From the IMG/VR virus record IMGVR_UViG_3300045988_147485: 53,334 nt of DNA. One strand, given 5' to 3'. Positions 25,476 to 33,719 of the stretch are shown one piece after another. Position 1 is the first letter of the stretch; every line of letters starts with the position of its first letter. A model generated the notes under the pieces. That model made no database searches and was not told where the DNA came from. It was given only the letters and a program-made list of their open reading frames with translations. Both the position numbers and the translations under genes were made by a program. This DNA comes from a virus.

Positions 25476-25989
25476 TTTCGCTCACGCTCCTTTTTGAAGT
25501 CGAACTTTTTCTTTGAGAAGTCGAACTTTTTACTAATTTTGATTCAAGTTCCTCTATTTTTTTGAAAACTTCATCAAACTTTTTCATGAATACCTGTATG
25601 CTCTCTTCTGATAGGTCTATTTTTGAGTTTTGGCTCTCGCCCATAGAATTTGTAGTCTGCGTGTTATCTCCTTCTATATAAGGCTTGTAAACGACTGTAT
25701 TGATTGTTCCGTTCGCCGCCCACTGCTTAGCGTATATTTCAGACAGATCCTGTTTTGGGAAAAATGCAACGGTTCCATCCATTGGTACATCATTTGCCGT
25801 AATGTTTTCAACAGATAATACCATTTTCCCATTTATTCCCGGATGGATTCCATAATTCTGCGGTTGAGCCGGGATATTCTGGAACTGCTGCTCCTGCTGC
25901 TGAAACCTCTGCACCGGATTGTATGGATATGATCCATAAGACGGCGTATAACTATTCATTTGTTGTTGGTTCGGAATATTCATCTGCAT
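25462..25989 (-). CDS. Protein with Q/N/P/Y-rich N-terminus and coiled-coil tail
   Basis: Start MQMNIPNQQQMNSY after GGAGGAAG. The low-complexity Q-rich N-terminal 50 aa are reminiscent of spore-coat cross-linking substrates. Confidence 0.45.
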   Translation of the reverse strand: MQMNIPNQQQMNSYTPSYGSYPYNPVQRFQQQEQQFQNIPAQPQNYGIHPGINGKMVLSVENITANDVPMDGTVAFFPKQDLSEIYAKQWAANGTINTVVYKPYIEGDNTQTTNSMGESQNSKIDLSEESIQVFMKKFDEVFKKIEELESKLVKSSTSQRKSSTSKRSVSENETD

Positions 25990-26107
25990 TATTTTCTTCC
26001 TCCAATACATCTTCTATTGCGTGTACAACGGCTGATTGCGTCCTAATATCTAAACGCTGTATTTCTTCTCTGGCAAAAATCTTTGTCAGCGTTTCTTCTG
26101 AAAACAT
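25952..26107 (-). CDS. Small acidic protein (51 aa), not in ORF track
   Basis: AAGGAGGG RBS. MFSEETLTKIFAREEIQRLDIRTQSAVVHAIEDVLEEENNADEY... Confidence 0.35.
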   Translation of the reverse strand: MFSEETLTKIFAREEIQRLDIRTQSAVVHAIEDVLEEENNADEYSEPTTNE

Positions 26108-26142
26108 ACAAATCATCCCTCCTTGCAATTATATTTTTGCAT

Positions 26143-26164
26143 AAAAAAAGTCGCTCAAAGCGAC
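26143..26164 (-). terminator. Rho-independent terminator downstream of the integrase
   Basis: GTCGC-TTTGA-GCGAC followed by TTTTTTT on the minus strand. Confidence 0.65.
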
Positions 26165-26251
26165 AAATAACTGACTGTATTAAGACAGAAACATGACAGG
26201 AAACTGCCAGTTGATGTTATTCAACAAAATAAAACCACGATAAGTACGGCA

Positions 26252-26295
26252 TTAGCACTAACTTACGCCATCGGGGGTGCGTAATGATGTGCTAA
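26252..26295. other. Candidate attP core (nested imperfect dyad next to the serine integrase stop codon)
   Basis: TTAGCAC-TAAC-TTACGC-CATCGGGGGT-GCGTAA-TGAT-GTGCTAA. About 44 bp with two nested inverted repeats, the size and symmetry expected for a serine-integrase att site. Confidence 0.3.
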
Positions 26296-27647
26296 AAATC
26301 CCTCAAAAAAATTTTTACATCATCATTGACAATAACAACCTTATCAATTATAATTCTTAGTATCTTATTTTTTTGAGTTTTGTCGATGTTGTCCCAAACA
26401 TCGGCAATTTTTTTTATGTTGTCATAAACAAAACTCTTGTCCGGCTTATTTGCTTCTTTTTTCTCTTCTTCTGTTAGAGTTTTTTTCATTTCATACACAC
26501 GAGTTTCCTGCTTTTTTATCATATCAATGACTGTATCATTACCTTCTGCATACAATTCGTATAACCTTTTTAGTTTATTGGATTCTTTTTCAACCTGGTT
26601 AGATATAACCTCAACTTTGCTCTTAGGTTTAACAGGTTTATACAAAGAAATGTCCATTGATATTTTTAGAATCTCTTTTTCTACAGCAGACTCTATTTTA
26701 TCAGCAGGATTTGCATATCTGTTTGTACAATTTTTATCAAAATTAGGCAAATAATAAAGCCACTTGTCTCTTGAGCAACAGCATATTACTTTACCATGCT
26801 TATAATGCTTTTGGTAGCGCATTTTGCACCCGCATATTCCACATACGCATAATCCTGTTAAAAGATTTGGTGGATATACGCTTTTTGATCCAGCTGCTCT
26901 TGCACTCCTTATATCTTTCCCGATTTTCCATCTTTCTTTATCAAAAATAGGTTCATGCCTGCCTTGATATATTTTCCCCTTATACGGTATCATGCCAATA
27001 TTAACATAACTTGTTAAATTTTTGTGAATGGTCGGTTCCGCTACTCCTATTGCCTTTGATATTTTACACTCTGATGATCCGGATATATACATTTCAAGGG
27101 CTGTCCTCATTTTTTCGGCTCTTTCCTCGATTGGAACCAATATACCTTTATTTCTGTCATAATTATAGCAATACGGCGGGTTTCCCCCTCCTATCCAGTA
27201 TCCATTTTTTACTCTTTCTAACATACCACCACGCATACGCAATAGCATTGTATTACGATCATATTCTGCTACTGCAGCCATGATATGGGTTTGGAACTTA
27301 TCCTGTGGCGTCTGATATTTTGCAAAATCATGGATGCTTACTACCTCGACATTTTTAGGTGTAAAAATCTTCTCAATCATAAACAAAGAATCAACGCTAT
27401 CCCTTGCTAAACGATCCAGTTTGTAAACCAAAATTTTATCAATGTCGTTAAGATCAGAAATAAGTCTTTGCAACTCAACTCTTTTTGTCATTTCCATGCC
27501 GCTTAATCCGGCATCAATATACCATTCGGAAATAACCATTTCATGTTTTCTGCAATAATCCTCAATATCTCGCTTTTGGCTATCCAACCCAAAGCCTTCC
27601 TCTACCTGTTTGTCAGTTGACACTCTTATATATGCGACGCATTTCAT
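26292..27647 (-). CDS. int: Large serine recombinase (integrase)
   Basis: N-terminal resolvase domain AYIRVSTDKQ...LDSQ, YKLDRLARD, a recombinase domain, a Cys cluster (CVCGICGCKM...CCCS) and a C-terminal coiled coil. 451 aa. Confidence 0.9.
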   Translation of the reverse strand: MKCVAYIRVSTDKQVEEGFGLDSQKRDIEDYCRKHEMVISEWYIDAGLSGMEMTKRVELQRLISDLNDIDKILVYKLDRLARDSVDSLFMIEKIFTPKNVEVVSIHDFAKYQTPQDKFQTHIMAAVAEYDRNTMLLRMRGGMLERVKNGYWIGGGNPPYCYNYDRNKGILVPIEERAEKMRTALEMYISGSSECKISKAIGVAEPTIHKNLTSYVNIGMIPYKGKIYQGRHEPIFDKERWKIGKDIRSARAAGSKSVYPPNLLTGLCVCGICGCKMRYQKHYKHGKVICCCSRDKWLYYLPNFDKNCTNRYANPADKIESAVEKEILKISMDISLYKPVKPKSKVEVISNQVEKESNKLKRLYELYAEGNDTVIDMIKKQETRVYEMKKTLTEEEKKEANKPDKSFVYDNIKKIADVWDNIDKTQKNKILRIIIDKVVIVNDDVKIFLRDF

Positions 27648-27715
27648 TTATTATCCTCCTTTTTATATAAAAATGTGCCGCACTTATCGTGGTACGACAC
27701 ATTTTACCTTTTTAA

Positions 27716-28015
27716 TTACTTGTTGTCAATTATAGACATTATCATATCAACTATGTTTTTAGGGAGCTCAACTTTTTCCGGCTCAACCTCCTCTCCATTT
27801 TGGATCAACATAAATGCACCTACCTTTCTAATTTTTTTCTTTATTTTTTCGATTATCCTATATGCCGTTCTTTCAGACATTGTAAGTTTCCCGGAAATAC
27901 TTACTACTGTTTTCCCTTTGCAAAGAAGTAAAAATATTTCCTTTTCTTCTTCGGTGAAATTTGCTTGCGCGACAATTTCATCAATTTCTGGCTGAATGAA
28001 ATCTTCAAATTTCAT
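27716..28015 (-). CDS. Small sigma-r4/LuxR-type HTH regulator
   Basis: EKEIFLLLCKGKTVVSISGKLTMSERTAYRIIEKIKKKI. Confidence 0.5.
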   Translation of the reverse strand: MKFEDFIQPEIDEIVAQANFTEEEKEIFLLLCKGKTVVSISGKLTMSERTAYRIIEKIKKKIRKVGAFMLIQNGEEVEPEKVELPKNIVDMIMSIIDNK

Positions 28016-28034
28016 TAGCCGTATCTCTCCTTTT

Positions 28035-28229
28035 CTACATTATTTTTGTGAGCCGTTGTTTTATGCAGTCAATGCATAATTGCTCAAATTCATACTCGTA
28101 CAAGTAATCAAATTCTTCTCCGCACTCATCACAGTAAAAATGCGGTACTTTTGAGTATTTGCAATGATCTGGCCGGCATGGGTATGAACCCGCAGAGCAT
28201 CCGACACATTCATTTTCGTATTTTATCAA
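28035..28229 (-). CDS. Small Cys-rich (zinc-binding) protein
   Basis: CVGC...C..DHC...CDEC...CIDC in 64 aa. Confidence 0.4.
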   Translation of the reverse strand: MIKYENECVGCSAGSYPCRPDHCKYSKVPHFYCDECGEEFDYLYEYEFEQLCIDCIKQRLTKIM

Positions 28230-28741
28230 TTTGCTACTCCTTTCTCTAAGAGTTGCTTTTCAAGTTGCTTGCTTTGCCCGGATGTCATTCCTCTTTGTGG
28301 AAAATTGCAAAATCTATTTTTGCTCCTTGACCTGTACGCAGTGCTTTCTTCTGATTCAATCTTTGAAACAACATCCAAAACATATTTCTTGTAGTCCTCA
28401 TTTTTGATGTATTTTGCCGACTTTCTTACACCAGAAATGAGTTTTGAAGAGTTGTTCCAGTTGTACTTATACCAATTCAGAATCAATATTTCTTTGGTTT
28501 CTTGGCTAAACCTTATGACATTATGAACATTTTCAAATCTGTCAAGAAGCCTCATAATTGTGTCTTTGTTATATCCTGTATCATCTGACATACTTTTGTA
28601 ACTGATCTCATAGCATCCGCATATGTTAGTATGTGGATTTGTCAGTAAATACAGATAGAAGTATTTATCTTCCGGGGTAAACTCGTCTATTACCTTATTA
28701 TCCGTCCAAAAGGACAGGTGTACATTTCGGTAAATTGCCAT
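28226..28741 (-). CDS. Replisome organizer (DnaD-like N-terminal domain)
   Basis: FWTDNKVIDEFTPEDKYFYLYLLTNPHTNICGCYEIS resembles the Phage_rep_org_N signature. Confidence 0.6.
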   Translation of the reverse strand: MAIYRNVHLSFWTDNKVIDEFTPEDKYFYLYLLTNPHTNICGCYEISYKSMSDDTGYNKDTIMRLLDRFENVHNVIRFSQETKEILILNWYKYNWNNSSKLISGVRKSAKYIKNEDYKKYVLDVVSKIESEESTAYRSRSKNRFCNFPQRGMTSGQSKQLEKQLLEKGVAN

Positions 28742-28792
28742 TTTTCTACCTCCTAGTATTATTTTTGCATCTTAGTAATTTTTATATAGTGT

Positions 28793-29137
28793 CTATCTTT
28801 TAACAGAAATCACCTCATCCTCGTTTTTTATTATTTCAATTCCGCATTTTTCGTGTAACCGTTGAATGTAATAATCAACATTAAATTTTGTCGCATCCTC
28901 ATCCATTTTCAAAGATTCATTTGAGATTCTATTCATAAGTCTCTCAATTCTTTTTGCGCCAAAACCAAACTCTTCACACAATGCAAGAAAGATAATTCCG
29001 CTCGCTGTCTCAAATCCTTCATTCTTTCCTGCTATAAATGCTCTTGCCATCAGTTTTTGATCGGTTTGCTTACCCTGTGTAAGTTTTTCCCGTACTCGTT
29101 TCTCCCGGCGCATTGCCGCTCTTTTGTTTGTAGCCAT
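28793..29137 (-). CDS. Hypothetical protein
   Basis: Likely start MATNKRAAMRREK. No motif recognised. Confidence 0.4.
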   Translation of the reverse strand: MATNKRAAMRREKRVREKLTQGKQTDQKLMARAFIAGKNEGFETASGIIFLALCEEFGFGAKRIERLMNRISNESLKMDEDATKFNVDYYIQRLHEKCGIEIIKNEDEVISVKR

Positions 29138-29597
29138 CTTTTTTTGACCTCCTTTGATAAACACATATATAGTTGTACTTCTTTGGTCTTGTTATATTCC
29201 GTGATGCTCTTTCGTAACACTCTTCGCATAGACTAGTACCATCATGCAGTCCTTTATTTCCGCATATATAACACATTCCATAACTTGGTCGTTCTGATCT
29301 TGTTATGTACGAATTTCTTTTAATCCTCTGCGCTTCTGCGTTTTTAGAAAGGCATAACTTACATTTTGTTCTCCCTTGTGCTGCAGACCATTTACCGCAT
29401 TGTGTACATATTCCTTTTTTCTTCCGTTCCTGCACAGTTTTGTTGCCTACCCTTTTCTTTTTTTCGCTGTTTCTGTATCGTTCTCTTCTTTTCTCGGCGC
29501 AATCATCACAGAAAACACGGTTTGGAACCGCCGGATTTTTTCGACAGTCCGGACATATACCAATTTTTTTGTAAAAATCATAATCATTTTTTGACAT
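29070..29597 (-). CDS. Multi-zinc-ribbon protein
   Basis: Repeated C..C pairs (CPDC/CDDC, CTQC/CKLC, CYIC/CEEC) separated by basic linkers. Confidence 0.45.
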   Translation of the reverse strand: MSKNDYDFYKKIGICPDCRKNPAVPNRVFCDDCAEKRRERYRNSEKKKRVGNKTVQERKKKGICTQCGKWSAAQGRTKCKLCLSKNAEAQRIKRNSYITRSERPSYGMCYICGNKGLHDGTSLCEECYERASRNITRPKKYNYICVYQRRSKKDGYKQKSGNAPGETSTGKTYTG

Positions 29598-29599
29598 TT

Positions 29600-29956
29600 T
29601 TAACTCTCCGATTCATAAAGTTTATTTCCATTCACTTTGACTGCTGATGGTTCAAAATCAGAAAAATCATACATAACGGATCCGTATTGACAAAGAACCC
29701 ATAATCCTTCGTATTCATCCCATTCGACAACAAATTTTTCTGCGCCAACATCAACAATATCGTTTTCGTAAATCAAAGCATCCTCTTTGTCTTGTAATCC
29801 GGTGCACTGGCAAATTGTGTTTTCATCTACTTCTTTGGAATCTCCCAAATTTTGAATAAACGCCTTGCCCTCTTCGTTAAAAATGAGAAATCCAGTTACC
29901 CATTCCCCATCATATCCTTTTGCCTTGAATAAGTATCTATCTAACATAACTAACAC
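29600..29956 (-). CDS. YopX family protein
   Basis: DRYLFKAKGYDGEWVTG...TICQCTGLQDKEDALIYENDIV. Confidence 0.7.
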   Translation of the reverse strand: MLVMLDRYLFKAKGYDGEWVTGFLIFNEEGKAFIQNLGDSKEVDENTICQCTGLQDKEDALIYENDIVDVGAEKFVVEWDEYEGLWVLCQYGSVMYDFSDFEPSAVKVNGNKLYESES

Positions 29957-29962
29957 CTCTTT

Positions 29963-30160
29963 TCATTCAAAAAACTTACCGTCACACTGTATAGGTTTGT
30001 CCATTGTTACTATTGCATTTAAGGTGCCATTTTCAAGCGTTATAATGACCGTAGCGTCTTGAAAAGAAAAAACCTGTGTTTCTCCTTCTTCAAATTTTGC
30101 ATCCTTTCCGTACTCCTTTTGAAAAGCCGTTATAATTTTGTTATCATTCATTCTTTCCAC
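29963..30160 (-). CDS. Hypothetical protein (65 aa)
   Basis: ORF on the dominant strand in a tight gene array. Confidence 0.35.
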   Translation of the reverse strand: MERMNDNKIITAFQKEYGKDAKFEEGETQVFSFQDATVIITLENGTLNAIVTMDKPIQCDGKFFE

Positions 30161-30380
30161 CTGCCTTTAACTGTTCTGCTATTCTTTGCAATTCTATCAT
30201 GCTCAATCCGTAATAACTTAGATGAGTTGTTTCATCTAAAATCACTCTGCTTTCCATTTCACATTTTCTTATAAAATCATCAATCGCCTTGTTATATCCG
30301 TATGCAAATCCTTTATTGACCGAATCTATCATGTCAATACTTTTTTTTGCCAGATATACTGATTTGTTGCATTCTGTCAT
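30144..30380 (-). CDS. Hypothetical protein (78 aa)
   Basis: ORF on the dominant strand in a tight gene array. Confidence 0.35.
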   Translation of the reverse strand: MTECNKSVYLAKKSIDMIDSVNKGFAYGYNKAIDDFIRKCEMESRVILDETTHLSYYGLSMIELQRIAEQLKAGGKNE

Positions 30381-30384
30381 ATCA

Positions 30385-30780
30385 TCACTCTCTTTCTAAA
30401 AAATCTGGATTGTCAAAAATGTTGCCGATAACTTCTATTTCAAAACTCTTAATACTCCATAAATTCCACTTTGTACCGATTGGCAATACATCTGCTTTGA
30501 CACAAATCCAAGAGAACTGATAATAGTTATTCTGCCAAAAGGCTTTATAAAAATTACCCTTTTCATTTTTCACAATATCATTCTCCCAAATCAACTTGCC
30601 GTTCTTGTCTTTCAAGCCTGTGCATTGGCAGATTGTGGTGGGGTCTACTTCAATCATATTGGGAACATCATTTGTCATTCCCCATAGAATATATCTTTTC
30701 TCCCAAATACCATATAAATACCCTTGCACCCATTCTCCAGTGTCAATTCTTTTCGCCTTGAATAAATATCTGTCGTTCAT
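30385..30780 (-). CDS. YopX family protein (paralog)
   Basis: DRYLFKAKRIDTGEWVQGYL...TICQCTGLKDKNGKLIWENDIV...VIGNIFDNPD. Confidence 0.75.
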   Translation of the reverse strand: MNDRYLFKAKRIDTGEWVQGYLYGIWEKRYILWGMTNDVPNMIEVDPTTICQCTGLKDKNGKLIWENDIVKNEKGNFYKAFWQNNYYQFSWICVKADVLPIGTKWNLWSIKSFEIEVIGNIFDNPDFLERE

Positions 30781-30783
30781 CTG

Positions 30784-31119
30784 CTAACTCCTTTCTTTCA
30801 ACCAATCTAGGCAACTTTTTTCTCCCTCATATTCTTCGCCAAATGTATTTTTGAATTTTGTAAGAAAAACTGCCAACTCATCATCCGACATATTTCTTAT
30901 TCTATCTGCGTTGGTATGGTTAGTTTCATAATTCTGTATGCTTGCCACTTCTGCAAAAGCTGTGAGCATATCAGCAAAGTATTTCAGCATACTATCTCTG
31001 TCGATGTTGTGCTTATCTGCCATAGCACATACACTTGCTAATGTTTCGGTTGTTATGCTCTGTAAATCTTCCATTTCTTTGTCTGTGAGATTGCTCTGCT
31101 TATCGCTCATTTTCTCCAC
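30784..31119 (-). CDS. Hypothetical protein (111 aa)
   Basis: ORF on the dominant strand. No motif recognised. Confidence 0.4.
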   Translation of the reverse strand: MEKMSDKQSNLTDKEMEDLQSITTETLASVCAMADKHNIDRDSMLKYFADMLTAFAEVASIQNYETNHTNADRIRNMSDDELAVFLTKFKNTFGEEYEGEKSCLDWLKERS

Positions 31120-31543
31120 CTCTCAATGTTTTCAGTTTTTTTACTTCTTTGTTCTCTGTCATACTATTCCTCGCTTCCATGTATCTTCCACTGGCAATCA
31201 ATCTGTCAATTTCTCCCTCTAATTCATCATATGTGACCTTTATTTCACACATTTTCCCGTTTTCATCGTTGTACTCTATCCTGTGACCGCTTGCATCAGA
31301 CATCCCTTGATGCACAACGCAAGGATCATTGCTCCAGAATCCAAAACCACCTACGCCATATTCTTTTTTCAAAAATGTAACTCTGTCTGATTTTTTCGGA
31401 TTTTCAGAAAAGAACTTTGTTATTCGTTCCTTCCCCTTAACAAATCCACTTCCATGCATGGCGTATGCTGCTATCGGATTGAAATGTTTCTTTGGTTGTG
31501 TTTTTAAGAAGTCAAATATGCTCATTTGATTATTCAAGTTCAT
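31100..31543 (-). CDS. Hypothetical protein; polyvalent-protein-associated-domain-like
   Basis: FLKKEYGVGGFGF motif. Sits directly downstream of the DPPY methyltransferase. Confidence 0.35.
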   Translation of the reverse strand: MNLNNQMSIFDFLKTQPKKHFNPIAAYAMHGSGFVKGKERITKFFSENPKKSDRVTFLKKEYGVGGFGFWSNDPCVVHQGMSDASGHRIEYNDENGKMCEIKVTYDELEGEIDRLIASGRYMEARNSMTENKEVKKLKTLRGGENER

Positions 31544-32262
31544 ACTGTATCTCCTATAAGATCACTCAATATCATTTGTGCCATTTCGGTATCTAACCTT
31601 TGCTTTGATACCTTGTAATAGTATTCGTCAAGCTCAAATCCAACAAATTTATGGTTAGTGTTATAGCAAGCTATCAAGCTACTAGCACTGCCTACATGAG
31701 TATCAAGTATAATGTCATTCGGCTTTGCGTATCTGCTTAATAACCATTCATATAACGCAACTGGTTTCTGCGTTGGATGTATGCGCTTTTCATTCAATCT
31801 CTTGTTACCCTGTTGGGTAGTACCTTCAGTAATTGATTTCCCTTGGAACATTCCTCGCCACATATAGCGAAAAATATCAACCCTATCATTCATACTGCAG
31901 TATGCTATTTCTGCGTCTGACTGGTCGCTTCCATCGTTGCATTTATCCCAAACGATACGACCGCCTATTAGCGGATAATCAAAGTAATTGCAGCCAAAAA
32001 TAATTTGTTTTTTTGAAACTCTCATAACTTCATTGAAGTAATCTTCTGAAGGTGGCTCATTATCCCAATTCTGATTTCTGTACTGCCCATCTTTTACGAA
32101 TATTTTACTTCCGTTTTTCTGCCTAACATATCCGCTTCTATTTCTTCCACCATGTTCCTTTCTCCCATATGGCGGGTCAACAATCGCAAGGTCAAAATAT
32201 TTGTCGGGGAATTCTTTCATGCCCTGCATACAATCCATGTTGTAATATCCAAAATCTAACAT
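31540..32262 (-). CDS. DNA methyltransferase, N6-adenine/N4-cytosine class (DPPY, beta-type order)
   Basis: IVDPPYG catalytic motif near the N-terminus. HPTQKP and ILDTHVGSASS (AdoMet-binding region) near the C-terminus. Confidence 0.8.
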   Translation of the reverse strand: MLDFGYYNMDCMQGMKEFPDKYFDLAIVDPPYGRKEHGGRNRSGYVRQKNGSKIFVKDGQYRNQNWDNEPPSEDYFNEVMRVSKKQIIFGCNYFDYPLIGGRIVWDKCNDGSDQSDAEIAYCSMNDRVDIFRYMWRGMFQGKSITEGTTQQGNKRLNEKRIHPTQKPVALYEWLLSRYAKPNDIILDTHVGSASSLIACYNTNHKFVGFELDEYYYKVSKQRLDTEMAQMILSDLIGDTV

Positions 32263-32328
32263 TTTCTCTTACCAAAAGGAAACCTCGGTTTTATGTGCGC
32301 ACAACCTATTCCTTTCTTTGTTTTTTAG

Positions 32329-32532
32329 TTAGTTGTTATATCTTTTTCTCAATGTGTTCTGTACCTTGTTCATTCCCTTAATGCCACCGATAATAAAAGC
32401 TATCTCTGCTCTATTTTCCGTTGCCTTTGTTTCTGCTTCCATATCGTGTAGTCCGTACTCTGTCTGAATAATTTCATTTGCAGTAATTCTTTTTAAGATT
32501 TCTTCACATTTCTTCTTGCTTAAAATCTTCAT
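32329..32532 (-). CDS. Hypothetical protein (67 aa)
   Basis: ORF on the dominant strand. Confidence 0.35.
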   Translation of the reverse strand: MKILSKKKCEEILKRITANEIIQTEYGLHDMEAETKATENRAEIAFIIGGIKGMNKVQNTLRKRYNN

Positions 32533-32717
32533 TATAAATCACCCACTTTCGTATCATCAACAATCTTGATTTTCCTGCCACAAGCATTGCAGTAAATGTC
32601 AATACCTGTCTCACAGCTAATCCTCATTTTCCCACACTCTGTGGTATAAAATGGAAATCCACATGGTGTATGAGTAACATACCATTCACACTGCTCATTT
32701 TCCTTATCATTGCTCAT
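32532..32717 (-). CDS. Small zinc-ribbon protein
   Basis: CEW...C......CGK...C....CNACGRK. Confidence 0.4.
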   Translation of the reverse strand: MSNDKENEQCEWYVTHTPCGFPFYTTECGKMRISCETGIDIYCNACGRKIKIVDDTKVGDL

Positions 32718-33316
32718 TCACTTTCACCCACTTTCAATAAATCCATAAACTTCTCATACTGTTTCTGCGATACCTTGTTATGCTCTTTTTCGGGTTTTAA
32801 GCGGATTATAAGGTGTTTTTCAGCGATAGACGATAATTCCCTCGCTAACACCTTTTTACCTTGCTGTATGCCTTGCATATAACATTTAGGTGATTTTCTG
32901 TCGCCTATTGAACCGCTTGCACGATTTTCTCCCTGTCCACCCAAACTGACATTCCTAAGTTGATAACCCTTATCAGCATATAGCTTGATGTAATACTTCT
33001 CCTTCTCGTCAAGCTGGCTTTCTGGGAAATTCAGAAATTCAACTCGCCAGCCATAAGGATTCTTCTCTTTGTCATATAGTTTATGTTTGCGTAAGCTAAG
33101 GTCTATATGCTGTTCATAACCTGCAAGGTGGCTTGCCAATCTGCTAAGGGTATGTACCGCCTGCCCGATATAAGCGTACTTGAATCCGTTTTCATCTTCT
33201 CGAAGAAAGAAGTATATTCCGCTTTTCTCATCCAGTTTTGGGTTCAGATGCAAGAGCCTATTTTTATTCTTTTTTTCAATGGCTTTTGCTTTTGCTAATT
33301 TGCTATACTGGTTCAA
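32714..33316 (-). CDS. GIY-YIG nuclease
   Basis: SGIYFFL...YAYIGQAVHTLSRLASH...EKYYIKLY...GYQLRN. Confidence 0.7.
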   Translation of the reverse strand: MNQYSKLAKAKAIEKKNKNRLLHLNPKLDEKSGIYFFLREDENGFKYAYIGQAVHTLSRLASHLAGYEQHIDLSLRKHKLYDKEKNPYGWRVEFLNFPESQLDEKEKYYIKLYADKGYQLRNVSLGGQGENRASGSIGDRKSPKCYMQGIQQGKKVLARELSSIAEKHLIIRLKPEKEHNKVSQKQYEKFMDLLKVGESE

Positions 33317-33338
33317 TCTTTTTCACTCCTTCCTATAA

Positions 33339-33719
33339 TTACACATAACCTCTATTGCTTAATTCTATCGCTCTTTTTTCGGCTGCTATCTTGATAGCAC
33401 TTTTTTGGTCAAATGCAAAAACATCAACTTTTACATCCCCGTCATTAAATATTGTTACTGGATTATCGTTCGGGTCAAAATATTCCAGCCCGTCTTCATA
33501 GGTTTTTTTAACATTTCCATTTTTATCAAAGTAAATATTATAGAATTTTTTGCTCTGAAAAATAGGGTTGTAATTTTCCGTATCAAATTCCTCTATCCTT
33601 GCCGGGCTCCATTCTGTAGAGAATTTCTCTTTCAATATCTGCGCTTTTTCGTTGTCTGTTTCCACCGCGCAAATATGATATTCTGAATAGTCTCCTTTTG
33701 TTATCACATACACTTTCAT
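33339..33719 (-). CDS. Hypothetical protein (126 aa)
   Basis: ORF on the dominant strand. Confidence 0.4.
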   Translation of the reverse strand: MKVYVITKGDYSEYHICAVETDNEKAQILKEKFSTEWSPARIEEFDTENYNPIFQSKKFYNIYFDKNGNVKKTYEDGLEYFDPNDNPVTIFNDGDVKVDVFAFDQKSAIKIAAEKRAIELSNRGYV

